Shown here one piece after another: positions 1 to 14,000 of a stretch of 64,000 nt of DNA (positions within the stretch are counted from its first letter, which is position 1; each line of letters begins with the position of its first letter). The stretch lies in NCBI GenBank assembly GCA_965112155.1, contig OZ218098.1. One strand, 5' to 3'. The position numbers and the translations under genes were made by a program. Source of the stretch: Podarcis liolepis (Eukaryota). The notes under the pieces were generated by a model. The model saw nothing but the letters and a program-made list of their open reading frames with translations. It made no database searches and was not told the origin of the DNA.

Positions 1-1231
1 CCAGCTGTCTTCTTATGATGCATGTACTCAGTAACTCAGTGTCATGGTTGCACCTCCTAAACAGGTCAACCTGTATCCTTCAGGTAAAGAGATATCAGAA
101 GAGCAGTATTTTAAAAAGTGAGAATTGTTGCTTCCTGGAAAGTGTTCATCCTGCAATCAAGAAGGCCCATAGCGTACAGTCTTTCTACTTGTGAAGATTT
201 TAAAAAATCCAGTTTACAGTACATTGTTATTGATACCACATCAGCATATGTATAAAACTCATACAGAGTAAGAGGTCAAGAAATATCATCCTCTATCCGA
301 CAGACAGCTTACAATACAAAAAGAAAGTCACAACTGACTTGATGACTTACATAAAAACAAATTTCTCCATTGTTCGAAAGCATATGATTTTAACATTGTA
401 AACTGTTGTGCTCAAGTTACATTTTTAAACCTTTTCTATCCACAAGTTTCCCAAACCTGTCTATGGATTTTATTTTAAATAATTAAAAAAGAATACTTTA
501 GATGTCAGACTTGTATTAGTAGGAAGCTAAAATTAAATTTGTGCACTAGTTATCCTTGATTAAAAACACAACTGAGTATGAAATTCTGTCACCACCGTAA
601 CTGAACAAAAGGCCTCATGTAACGAGCAGGAGGAAAATTATCAATGCCTGAGTTGAAGCAAGTCCACCATGTTTTTCTATAGATTCCTCTAGAAATATTA
701 TAAAGTCCAACAAGGGAATGATCCCCTATCCATGCAGATGAAAACTGTGTGCCAACAAAATGACTCCCATCCATTTTTAGAATTTTAAAGTTTATTCTAA
801 TATTTTAAAATGGAGAAGGGAAAGAAGAGGTTGGTGTATTTACATAAAATTCAATTATTTTGGTTTGTGGTAAGCACAGATGTTTCTAAAACATGGGTCT
901 TTTTAATATTTACAAGGAACAGTTTAGAAGATGAATATCAGAGACTGTGTACAGCAGCTGCAGTAGTTTATGAAACAATACCTGTAACTGTACCTGGTGA
1001 GTGAAAAACCACCAATGCAGAATTCAGATAATTACAACCAAGGAAGCTGGGGTGAGGGCAGGAGGGAGGGAGAAGGGACCTCAGTGTAACAAGATGGAAA
1101 AAAAATTCACATTTTCTACATTTAAAAAATACAGGTCTCACAAATGTCTCTTGAAGACAGAGAAACTTCAAAGTTCTTCAGTGATGCAGAACAAAAGTTG
1201 AAATGGCGCCCCCAAAACAAAAAGGGATTCT
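1..1231 (-). other. RBM25: RBM25 3' UTR (end uncertain)
   Basis: AT-rich, repeat-free sequence after the stop; minus-strand AATAAA at 791-796 and 469-474; TGTAAATA elements at 907-914 and 837-844. Confidence 0.6.
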
Positions 1232-1324
1232 TTATTTCACCAGCCCAATTTTTTTGGCTTCTGTTTCATATATTAATAACCTCCACATTTTGACTATAAA
1301 AACTTCAGCTTCTTCATCTAGCAC
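1232..1324 (-). CDS. RBM25: RBM25 last coding exon
   Basis: VLDEEAEVFIVKMWRLLIYETEAKKIGLVK-TAA. Confidence 0.95.
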   Translation of the reverse strand: MLDEEAEVFIVKMWRLLIYETEAKKIGLVK

Positions 1325-4300
1325 CTACACCAAAAAAGAAGAAAATAGGGCATTAAAAACCAAAGGAAAAAGTACATCTGAATACATTTAGTGAAGGTGA
1401 TTCTTACAGAAGAGCTCTAAGTTTACACAAATTAGAAATTCTGGATGTGGCATGTTTTTCCTTTACTCACCATAGCAACATCATCCAAGATGCTCTGCGG
1501 TGAACTATGAGCCATAACCTGAAAAAGAGAGGCATATCAACATTGAGAACACAGCATTGTATGACTGAAAATTGAACCATGCAAGATTTAGAACTGTTAC
1601 CTGCATAACAGTAACATTCTAGCAGGTAGCAAACACATGTATCTTAAAATAAAATCCATGAAAAGCAAGCCCGTTGCTTTCAATTTTAAATAAGGTTGTT
1701 TGTTCCAGGGGAAGCTTCTGAGAATGGAAGCAAGCACTGTGATTTTTACTGTTTCCCCCCTTCCCTCTGCAGCTCCTTGCACCTCAAAAACCTGTTCCAG
1801 AAGATTGGGGGGGGGGGCTTTTGGAAGAGCACGGGAGGTGTTACAGGTATGTAGGAAAAATAGGGAATTTAGGAAACGGCTTCTCTTCCCATTCCATTTA
1901 CAAAAGCCTCTGCTGATCAAAAACCCTTATTGTGAGTAGAAACACAACTGGACACAAACCTAAATGATTTGAAAGGTGGACCAAAAGGCATTTTTAGTTT
2001 CAACCCCCTTGTTCGATTCATAACAGGTATTTGATTGCATTTGTAAGTGACCGTGGTAGATCAAGAACAGTGAGAAAGGAAAGTTACCACTTGTGTCCTG
2101 CCACCTTAGTTATCTCAAAACAAAACCCTCACACTGTTTGCTGTCATGTTGGAGCAGACTGTACTTCCCAAAATAACTGATGCACAAGCCTGCAGGTTAT
2201 GTGTGTAGATTTGCTTGTCCAGTGTAGCATCACTGAGTTGGGCTTCCTTGCGCCTCTAGTGGATGAAGGGAGGAGTACCTTTTACAGGAAATGGGCTGAC
2301 TCCTCTTTAGTTTTGCATACTCACTGAGCATGAACAGTCCAGAAATGAAACTCAGACTAATGTTAACCTATATCTACAACAAACCATTAACTGAAAGCCG
2401 GCCGTGCTACCTGAGGTGGGAAGAGGTGTTGCAGGCTATGCAAGGGTGTGGCCTCGGTGATGCTACATTGGACAAGCAAAACGACTCTTCAGATAGGTAC
2501 AATGGTGCTATTTCACTTGCCCATGTAGCATCACTGGGTTGGGATGTACAAAAGCCCAACCAACTAGGGTGGATCTCAACGGCAACAACTTACTACTCCA
2601 GCCAATGCTGTTTCAGAGGAAGCAAAGGGTGTGAGACAGGCATGCTGTAGAAGTACTGAGTGGCCAGACATGCTGCCTGAGGTTTGAGCCAGACAATGCT
2701 GTGTTGTGACTCAAAGGGTCTCCCATCCACCTGGACCAGTTGCCCCTCGTAATGTGCTCCAATGCACTCATGTAGCGTTGAGACTGCCATCCTACCCTAT
2801 AAGGGGGATATTAGCTCCATTGGTGATGGGAATGCCACACACAGCTGTGGTGTCCTCTAGGCCTGGTCTAGCCTGCTCAGGAGTGTTTGGCCTACTTCAG
2901 GCCTTGGTGGCTTGGGTGCATAGGGGATGGGAAACAGTTCGTACTTTAACTAGTGATGACAGTATACATTTCTAAGAATCCACCTCAGCCGATGACACCT
3001 CTGTAAAGGCTGAAAATTAAAAGCCTGCAGAGAGGTAGATCTCTCTGTATCACTGCTGCTAAGGAGGGCAATCCAATTATCCCTAAAGTGGGGGTGGGGG
3101 GCAAGCTTCTTGTGTCTCCTTCTCAGAAGCCAGTCTGTGAAGATGAGGGAAAGGAAGTCTAATTTTTATTTTTAGTATTTATACATAGAAAGAACAGTAG
3201 AAACAGCAGAATCACAGAAGAAAATTGCTAAGCCGAAATGAAAGAGTAAAAGGAGCCAGACTATTTGCTGTAAAAGCTATTCCTGCCTTAGTCCACCAGA
3301 GGTGCAAGTAAGCCCAACTGGCAAGCAAAATTATAGCACCAGCCACCTAAAATACGTATTTATGAAGAAGTTTACCTTTGAACAAACAAAGTCAACTAGC
3401 GTTGCTTCTTCTTCACCAATATATTCTATTATTTTCTTGTTGATCCATGGTCTAATTCGACGTTCCATTAATGTCTAGAATAGAAAATAATATCATTTTA
3501 AACAGTTTCCATTTTTTTTTAATTTGGAACATACATTGCTTTCATCCCTTGTCACTTATAAAAGGTAAAAGTAAAGGTAAAAGTAAATGACCCCTGGACG
3601 GTGAGGTCCAGTCAAGGGCTGGGGTTCAGTGCTCATATCGCTTCAGTCTGAGGGAGCCGGCATCTGTCCACAGACATCTTTTCAGGTCATGTGGAGAGCA
3701 TGACTAAACCACTTCTGGTACAACAGAACACCGTAACGGAAGCCAGAGCGCACGGAAACGCTGCTTACCTTCCTGCCACAGCGGTACCTATTTATCTACT
3801 TGCACTGGTATGCTTTTGAACCGCTAGGTTGGCAGAAGCTGGGACAGAGCAACAGGAGCTTACCCCATTGCACGGATTCAAACCACCAACCTTCAGATCA
3901 GCAAGCCCAAGAGACTCAGTGGTTTAAACCACAGCACCACCCACGTCCCTTTGTCACTTATAGCAACAATACTGTATTAACATTGAAAGAAAATCTCTGC
4001 TAGTTCAGACTAAAGGCCTATCTGGTCCTGCAACCTTTTTCCCAGAAAGGCCAACCAGTTGCCTCTGGGAAACTAACATGTAAGATATGAATGAAATAGC
4101 CCTTTCCCACTGTTCCCCAGTGACTTCTGAGGAATTTTGCCTCCAGATCCTGGAGGCAGTATAAAGCCATTGTGCCCAATAGCTATTGAAAGCCTTGTCT
4201 ATGAATTTGTCTAATCCCATTTTAGCTGGTGGCTATGACCACATCTTGTAATGTAGTGTGTAAAGAAGTACCTATTGTGTTTATGACTACAAGATTTAAA

Positions 4301-6168
4301 TGGGCTTACATGAGTAAATAAACCAAGTAAAGCTTGAATTAATTTTAACTACTGGTGCTATTTTTTAAAGATTTATCTGCTTCTGGTGTTTAATTATAGC
4401 AGAATAAAAAAAAAATGTTTGAGATTGCAACCCTACACACCTGGAAAGATGTCCCACTGAACTCAATGAGACTTACCGTATTTTGCGCCCCATAGGACGC
4501 TCCGGCCCATAGGACGCACCTAGTTTTTTTGGGGGGAAATAAAGAAAACATTTTTTATTCCCCCCCCCCCCAGGTGCGGGGCTGGAAGAACCAGGTCGGG
4601 GAACAGTGGGAAGGCACGCTCTGCCTCCCCGCTGTCCCCCGAGCTTGTGGGGCTGGCGATGGGGAGAAGTGCGCTGATCCCAGGACTGCAGGCAGCTCTG
4701 CGCCGCCATTCGGAGCGGGGCGGGGCTTCGCCCCCCCGCTCCCGATGGCCGCGCAGAGCTGCGCTGATCCCAGGACTGCAGGCAGCTCTGCGCTGCCATC
4801 CGGAGCGGGGCGGGACTTCGCGCCCGGCTCCCGTGGCCGCGCAGAGCTGCGCTGATCCCGAGACTGCAGGCAGCTCTGCGCAACCCTCGGATCCTGTCTC
4901 CCGAGGGTTGCGCAGAGCTTCCTGAAGCCTGGAGAGCGAGAGGGGTCGGTGCGCACCAACCCCTCTCGCTCTCCAGGCTTCAGCGAAAGCCTGCATTCGC
5001 CCCATAGGACGCACACACATTTCCCCTTCATTTTTGGAGGGGGAAAAGTGCGTCCTATAGGGCGAAAAATACGGTACTTCTAAGACAATATGCACAGGAC
5101 TGCACAGTTAAGATGGCATTTCCTTAATCAAAATTTGCTTTAAATTCCTTCGATTTCAAGGCATGTACTGTATGTAACGTAAAAAAAATAAAAAAAAAGA
5201 CCAGTTAAAAGATAAAATGTTCATGAACTTAACATTATTCAATTGGTAGCTAGCTCTTGCCAAACTTGCAAGCCAGGATCCAAAATAGGACATGAGCAGA
5301 TGTATCAGTACAACAGGTTTTAGTTGCCTCCCTAATTTGACTGAACAGCAACATGCCTCCTTACTTCTTGCCTGCTATATATTCCATGCTACCACTACTA
5401 GATGATCTGATATATTTTTCGCTCTGTAAGATGCACCAGATCATAAGACGCACCTAGTTTTTGGAGGAGGAAAACAAGAAAAATAATATTCTGAATCTCA
5501 GAAGCCAGAACAACAATTGGGATCGCTGCGCAGCGATCCCTCTTGCTGTTCTGGCTTCTGGGATAGCTGCGCAGCCTGCATTCGCTCCTTAAGACTCACA
5601 CACATTTCCCCTTGCTTTTTAGGAGGGAAAAGATGAGTCTTATAGAGCAAAAATTACGGTAAACGGCTTGAATCCAGAATTCTCTTTCACTGATGAAAGC
5701 ACAGTGAGCAGAAGTGATTTCCTCTTCCCCACAGCCTCTTGTGTCCTCCATACAGTGGTACCTCGGGTAAGTACTTAATTCGTTCCGGAGGTCCATTCTT
5801 AACCTGAAACTGTTCTTAACCTGAAGCACCACTTTAGCTAATGGGGCCTCCTGCTGCCGCTGGAGCACAATTTCTGCTCTCATCCTGAAGCAAAGTTCTT
5901 AACCCGAGGTACTATTTCTGGGTTAGCGGAGTCTGTAACCTGAAGCATATGTAACCTGAAGCGTATGCAACCCGAGGTACCACTGTAATGTGTTCCATAG
6001 GTTTCGGGGACTTTCCAGAACATTGTGGGAGAGCTGTAAGATGAACAAGTGAATATTGTCTCCCCTTCCTACTGCTAGTGGAATCCTTTGCTAGATTGGA
6101 AGCCTTTCACAAGCAGAGGGGCACTTAGAAACTTAGGATCCAAGCCAATCTTTGCATTTCGGTAGAAA

Positions 6169-6204
<36 letters not shown>

Positions 6205-9200
6205 TAAATAAATATCTACCCTAGCCACTCTGGGTGGCTTTCAACAGAACATAATTAAATTAAAATGATGTGACATGCCTATGTATAGGGTAGCATTCCC
6301 CCCCCCCCCCCAGTTAAAGCTAAATCACAGGCATGGGGGCTTGGTTATGTACTGAAATAAGGATTTTCCCACAGAGCTCATATTATTCAATGAGGTGCAC
6401 AAATTTTACCTATACTCAGTGTTGAACCACAAGAGCTGGCAAATCAGTGCAACACATGTCCTGTAGTTCATACTCAAGATTTTGTAAAAAATTACACTTA
6501 CTGAATCCACAATAGACCAGTCAAGAGGATAAGCAAAGAGTTCTGGTTTGGCTGTGGGAATTTTCTCAATTAGACTCTTAATGTGCTTGCGCTTCTCCTC
6601 AGTATTGACGCTGCCTTTGGAGGAGCCTTTGTCTTCATCACCGTAATCCAGGGGCACCAGTTTCCTTTTTCGTGGCATGTCATCACTGTCTTCATCCTCA
6701 AACTTATTGAAGACACTGTCCACAGTGAGTTTCTTTCTTTTCACGGCATTGGGCTGGTTAGGACTATTGCAGGCACCTAAAATATAAAGAAGATTCATTC
6801 TAATATATTTAAACACAATCTGGAGACTCTTCCAAATTCAGGTAAGAGCTGCACTTTTAAAAACAATGGGCTATCAACAAAATAATAATAATAAAAGGCT
6901 GGGGAGAGAAAAATCAACCATAGAGCAAAGTGGCTACGATTAAAGAGTTTATTCTATGCTGCTTCACTCAACTGCTCTGCTCTCAAATGGATCAATAATA
7001 ATTATACAATCAAAAGGTTCAAAGAAGGGAAGCACAGAATCTGACTTCCTATCTTTGTGCTCTCCTTCCTCACATGGATAGAAACAAGGGAAAAAACTTG
7101 CCCAATTTGAGGCTAAGCCCTATTTTAGGCCTGTACTCCTCTGGCTGCTGCTGATCTGGCGAGTTTTCATGTGGGATGATAATACCACAGGGAGATTCGT
7201 CCCCAGGAGTATTAGGAGTTGCATTGCCACTTGCTGAGGAAACAGATGGGGCAGAGCTGATGGGTCGCAAGGTTGGTTTAAGGCAGGGCTTTTGCTCTGG
7301 CTCTTCCTCTTCTTCTTCAGGTTCTTCCCTCTTCTCTTCCTTTTCTTGCTTTTCCTCCTCCTCTTCCTCGGATTCTGGCTCCTGTTTGGTTTGTGGCTGT
7401 CGACGCCTTTCAGCCTCTTGTTCCATCTAGGGAACAAAATTGTGGTCTTATGCACATTCTTCACCAAATGCACTTATTAGGAGTTAAAACATGCAAAGCA
7501 AGCCTGGCTGTCCCCGTAAATGGATAATCCTAGTTAATCCGAGGCAGTTTTTCAAAAGCTCAAATTTATTTGGCTTTATAAGTAAGGAATAATCCAGATT
7601 AACAATACTATGATACTTATATAAAGAGATCTGAAACAAAAAACTGCTTTCCACATGAACATGGGACATGTCAACCAAAAGTGTCAGTCACAAATCTCTA
7701 GCTTACCAATAGTCAAGTACATGACATGGTCTACTATTCTAAAAATGCTCATTCACCACCCTTTGCCAAAAAAGGAGTTTCTTACCCTCTGTAGCTCTGC
7801 GTCTGGATCTGGGTGTCCTTCTGCAAGAAGACGTTGCCGGATTTCTTCCAGTTCTTCCTTTTCCCTTTTCCGATCTCTTTCATCTGCTTCCATTTCCTTT
7901 TCCCTATCTCGCAATCGCTTCTGCAGAGCGCTTCCCCTGTAACATGTATTCACTTTTGTTTTAAAGGTCTCGTGGCACTTGTTTCCCACAAATATTTGTC
8001 AAAAACAGCACACCATAAGCACCCGATACAGAATATTGACTATAAAGTTTCATGTTTCATTCCCTACATCAGAGAAATAAAATATTCTGTTTGGAGTAGG
8101 ATTTAGCCATGTACTTCTTTGCATCTGAATTCTTACAAGAACATGCCAGGAAGGAATAGCAATTCTTAAAACTAGGGAAATAAAAGGTTCTTTAGTTTGA
8201 AAGTGATTACGAGTCTCCTCATTCTTCCAACACAAAGTTATCTGAATATGTTCAGTGCTTTTAATAAAAGAGGTATTTGCTAGGATTTGTCTAATGATCA
8301 CTCTTATTGGTGCTGCATTAAATTTACAAATTTGGGGCTGCCATTTCCATCACTGACACACAGGTTTCCTCTGTGGCGTGGAGCACCTTCGGCCAGCTTA
8401 ACCCGATTCACTCACCACATACCCCACATTGGGCAGAAATATCCCTGCATTGCTGTGGGTTCGACTAGATGACCCTCGTGATCCCTTCCAACTCTACAAT
8501 TCTATTCTTCTAAATCACACTGTAAACCTCTCCTACTCATCACATGTTGGAACACAAGGTTTCCTACATATGTCTTTCTGATAGGGGTCACGTTGACGAA
8601 ACCTGAGAACACAAACTGATTTATCTCATGAACCGCCCTGAGAACTGCAGGTATAGAAGGGTATACAAATTTAATGAATAAATAAAAATCTCCTGCAGTT
8701 CATGCTAAGCATACCTGTAGTATTTTGGATCATCTCTGTCATCATCATAATCTTCTAGAAATTCTTTTAGACGCTTAGCTTCTTTTGCCTATAAGAGAGT
8801 TGAAAACATTTAATTAATTTCAGACAGAAATTAGCTCATCACCCTTGAAGGAGCAGAAGTTATTCCCTACCAGAAAGTTTCTAGAGTAGCACCTTCCTTT
8901 AAGTAGATAGCAAGTCACTACTAGTTTGCTTTTCCTGCTTCGGAAACGGTATTTCTTCCTCACAAACTACTGAACCCTCTGAAGCTTGAGTTGAGAATGG
9001 ACTTCCCAGTTCTGAACTAAAGTGTAGAGGCATGAGATAAGTTAGCCAGGCTTTGCAAAAGGGACCTGAAATAATCGCTTTGAGTGCAAATCTGCCTCAA
9101 GTAGCCTGTCAGTTCTGGCTAGGATGCAAGAGAACCAAGTTAATGAGCTCTAAATGCATGAGAGGAATTTGGGCATGCATTTTAGAAAGCAGTTTCCTGT

Positions 9201-11018
9201 GCCAATCCACTTTTGAAAACAGTCTACAATATAGCTTTTGAAAATGGATGGGTCCTGCTGTTGAAAGAAACATGTAAAAATGTCACTAGGCATGCAAACT
9301 TAGATCCAGCTTCTGCTCCCGCGCAAGTAGGAGCGGAATCATGGCTGCTTAGCTGGGGAATGCAAAGCCCCTGTTTCCCAGGTGAGAGATCTCTGACCCC
9401 ACTCCTGCTTGCATGGGAGCAGAAGAGGGGACAGCTGAGGAGGTGCAGGCTCCATCACACTTTTCCTGTGAGAGATGTGTGGCCACGTTCCCCTCAATGG
9501 AGAAGTTTAAATGAGCACCACCTGGCAAGGCGGAGACAGCCTGACAGCTGCATAAGAGGCAGTGCAGGGGTTCTCAGATGCAGCTGCGGGCTGCAGAAGC
9601 GGGATCATGGCTCTCTCAGCTTGGGAGGAAGGGCTTGAACTCCCCAGGTGAGCAATCCCAGTCCTACTTGCATGCAAGCTGGAGTGGGAGCGGGCATCTC
9701 TCAGGTGGGAAGCGGACCTTTTCACTTTATAAGGAACAAAGTCTGTAAAGCAGCCAAACACTTTCTTTTCGCATAATGCTTTTTTAAAAATTGCGGCAAC
9801 ATACAGACTCAGCTATTTTGCATTCACATTTGTGAGCTACCACTTAAGTCACAAAAATATTACGACTACTACTACTGCCACTACAGGACACCCTTGTATA
9901 CCAGCACAGAGATTCTGCCATTTGAGCATCTAATAAAAGCACTGCAAAAAATAATGAACCCCTTACCATTTCTCTTCGCCTTTCTTCCTCCCTCTCAGCT
10001 TCTTTTTCATATTCTCTAGCTTTTTTCCGTTCTCTGATCTCCCAGTTTTTAAGACGCTGAAACCAAATAATCTGTTTACCATTTACTGAACCAGAGAGGA
10101 AAAAATCCCATATGTCACTTGAGAGAAGCAAAACCATACACATTTAATTATATCACCCAGTCTTCTATTTCAATACAGAGGTTCTGTAAAATGCTCTGAA
10201 GTTTGATGGTCAATGCTACAAAATGATTAGAATACAGGTATGGGCAGGAAACATGCTCCACGATAATGGAGTTGGATCTTTAACAACTGTGATCAGACCT
10301 CCATTCAGAGAATGGGGCTTTCACCCTGAAAAGGGACAACCTCCTTTCAACAAGTGCCTCCTGAGGCAGCATGGGGTACTGGGGGAGAGGGGCTTCAATG
10401 CAGGGCTCTGCAGCCAGTGGGTGGGATGGTAGAGTTAAGATTCTCACCCCACCCCTGAAAACCAGGTGTTTTCCATTTGCAACAGAATCCCTTAGAATCC
10501 AATCCCCAGATCAGAAGCAACCTCCTCCTATACCTCTTGATAAGCTGCTTCCTTTTCACGGAGCTTCCTTTCCAGTTTGCGCCGCTCATAGGCATCTTCT
10601 TCATCCTCTTCTCTATCCCGTTTCTTGTCCTTTTCTCGCTCTCTCTCCCGTTGTTCTCGTTCCCTTTCCCGCTCCCGTTCCCTCTCTCGCTCCCGTTCCC
10701 TCTCCCGTTCTCTCTCTCGCTCCCTTTCTCTGTCTCTACTTTTCTCTCTGTGGACAAATATCATGACAAATGATTAATGCATTTAATACTGCTGGTAACA
10801 GAGGTTAGGTCTAACAAAACTAACTCTACTAGATAATTAAAACACCATACAATACGAGGTTTACAAAAGTAGTGATTTTGAGATCACCGAAATTAAGCCA
10901 AAACTCAAAACCAATGTTAAGTTTTTCAAATTAGCCACAACATTGCTTGTGTAGTGATTAGACAAATGACGTTTTGAACAACAGACACAGTACATCAGTC
11001 TGCTGTCTTTACATTGAT

Positions 11019-11049
<31 letters not shown>

Positions 11050-14000
11050 TCTCTGTACGTTGGTTGTGGCTTTATTCCGTCAGCCAAACCATACAAAAGG
11101 GCCTGAGGGACAGGGCACCACGGCTGTCAGCAAATCATACTATTTAATTCATTGCCTCATGGCTTATTGCATGCTGGTCTTCAAAACAGGTTGCATCCAT
11201 GAATTATTTCCTTAAGAACCACTGTCAAATTTATTAACAAGTATTCATTACACCGCACAATTTACCTGGATCTGCTCCGATCTTTATTTCGGTCTGAGCT
11301 TCTTTCGCGGTCTCTGTCTCGATCTCTTTCCCTGTCCCGGTCTCTGTCTTTAGTGCGGTCCCGATCTCTGTCCCGTTCTCGTTCACGCTCCCGTTCCTTT
11401 TCCTTCTCTCTTTCACGCTCTCTCTCCCTCTCTCTTTCACGCTCCCTTCTTTCTCTTTCACGCTCCCGCTCCCTCTCTCTTTCACGCCGTTCTTTTTCAA
11501 TTTCTTGTCTCTCTTTCTCCTTTTTGCCTTTTTCCTCCTCCAATTTCTAGAAACCAAGAGGATTTTCAAAGTTAGCATGTAGCTATAGTCGGAGGCCCCA
11601 CCCCACCACCACGCACAACACCCAAGGCTGGTAGTGAGCATTTCAAGAACACCAATAATTTAACATTTAAATATTTAACAGCTTACTGACAGCTCATAAG
11701 AAAAAAAGTTCTGCAATTGTAAGGCTAGATTTCGTGCAAAAAGCATATATCTAACATAGACTGGCAATCTCCAACCTTGGAAAGAAGGGCAATGCTCACC
11801 TCATATATGCATATGCTGACAATTACATAGTGCATTGCCATCAATAGTTCACAGAAAACTCCCGAGCCACGAAAGATAGAAAAGAGCTTGAACACAGATG
11901 AATTTTTAGCTGGCAAAGTTAATCCTGCCCATGTAGGCAGATCATTTAGTAGGATGCTGACAGACAAGATTACCTCATACCACAGCCAAACCAAATTCAT
12001 TCTATGCAAGGATGGGAAGTAAAATCAACTTCAACTGTGTACGTTACTTGAAATGTTTGGAAGGATACATCTTACCAATCACTTTATTCTCCCCAACTTT
12101 TTTTATTTTTTTTGCATTCACTGCTTAAAGTAATGGTTTCTAAAGAACAGGATCCTCAAGAAGGTTGGAAATCGCACATAGACAAGACTAAAAGGTTATA
12201 CAGTACATTTTTAATGAATTCTATACAAAAGTGCATTTTTTAAATTCAAAAAGTCATGCCTATTACCAAAACTCCCATGAAGACAATAGAAAAATAAAAT
12301 CTCATAAAAATGATAGATAAATCCATCCTTGGAAGCAATTGGTGTGTGTTAACTTACAGGTGCTGTGCTAGGACATGGACCGCCAACACTGGATTAACCT
12401 TGCCTACAAGCTATATTTCTGGGAGGAAGAGCAAGTACATGGTTCACAAGTAAACCCAAAAAAGGAAGGAAAAAAAACATAAGCCAAATATCAGCCTGAT
12501 GGGTGCCAAAATATTAAGGGCATGGTCCTTCCACATCCACGTGTTGTGCCTGAAGAGATCAACGTAGGGCTTAACAGAGCCCATTTCTCACGCCTCCTCT
12601 CCTTAGCGCACATGTGCAACCAGTGCACCATACCATTTCAGCCAATAAGAGGCTCTTGCATCACTACTCAGCCCCCTCTTGTCACTTGGTGGAAGGAGCA
12701 GGATCCGTTCCTTCACCAAGTGGCAAGTGGAGGAGGGTGTAAGAGAAGGGCACAAGCCTCTTATTTTAAGCAGTGGCCTGGTTCATTGCCTGCATGTATG
12801 CTAAGGAGAAAGTAACAGAGCACCATTATTCCTTACAGGATCTGTCTGTGCACGGGTGCAGCATGAGTGAGGAAGGATTACACCCTAAATATATTGTATG
12901 CAGTTGATGCAAGGGGGGAAGAGCAAAATCGCCCCATTTGGCACCGTGTTTACCACCGTTGAAATAATTTATAAACTGGAACAATAAAGTGTGCATTTAT
13001 TTCTCTCAACAAAGAATTTAAGACAACTTTAAAAACAATCTTACCTGTCAGACAGTCTTCTCGTGTGCGCTCATGGACCAGAGAACCAAAACAAAGTCAC
13101 AGTAATAAAACTAATAAACAAAAGGTCAATATATCTAACCACCACACTAAATGGCACCAAAAGTGAAATATAGGGAGGATGGTGTTAGATACATTGAACT
13201 CACAAAAGAAAAGGGTATTTGAGAATGGTAGAGAACAGCCATAATGGAGGAGGAAAAAGTGAAAGTGTACAGAATGTGGCAACCTACTTTCTAAGTGAAA
13301 TGCTCTCATACAATATAATTTCATTTAGTGTATTAAGGTTATGCTAGCTATATTAACTTTCAAAAGCAGAACTTACCTCAAATTTCGTATACTTTTATAG
13401 AAAAGTTTATATACTGAAATGATCGATACTTACAGATTATTTTAGTAGTTCCAATAAGAATGTCTTTGGTTAAGTTCCGGGATTCCCCCGCAAAAATTTC
13501 TTTTGTAGTAAAAGCCATGATAAAAATTTGCATTGACTTTTGGCATCTTAAAGGCTTTTATTTCAAGCTTCTCTTTTCTTAAAAGCCAAATCAGCACTGC
13601 TGCTTCATATTGAAAATTTAAGTAATAGGCTGCTTCCAAGTGAACAAAAGGATGTTTTATAGGAAATGAGGGGTGGAAAGGATTCAGGATATGCTAATAA
13701 AGTAATGAGCAAAGAAGGTAGGTAGAAAAAAAAATGTAAAATCTTACCTTCGGTTCTCTTCAGACTCATCTGTGCTGTAAATGGACACCCCCTGCAATGC
13801 TGATACCCTAACAGTCCGATTGTTTGTAAATTCTAACCAAAAAACATGCAAAGGTTCACTGTGCTCATTAGCCAGCCCCTTTTTGAACATCCCACCCAAT
13901 ATATGAAATGGCCATTTTTTATTAGATTTAGTTCCATCTATTAGAAAAGGTTAATTCAAAATATTCCCCCAATAGGATAGATCAAAGGCAGCAAAATGCC

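Noticed and set aside
2249-2263. CTCF-like motif GCGCCTCTAGTGG (similar one at about 3293-3306)
   Set aside because: One base short in the core relative to CCASYAGRKGGCRS; not supportable without a PWM scan or ChIP data.
4473-5095. Five overlapping 92-191 aa ORFs on both strands
   Set aside because: They lie inside a GC-rich MITE with internal repeats; stop-poor composition explains them and there are no transposase motifs.
7120-7480. Alternative-frame ORFs over exon 15
   Set aside because: Shadows of a Glu-rich exon.
10371-11641. Antisense and alternative-frame ORFs rich in SLSL/RSRS/GNGS
   Set aside because: Shadows of the low-complexity RE/RD-coding exons 10 and 11 of RBM25.
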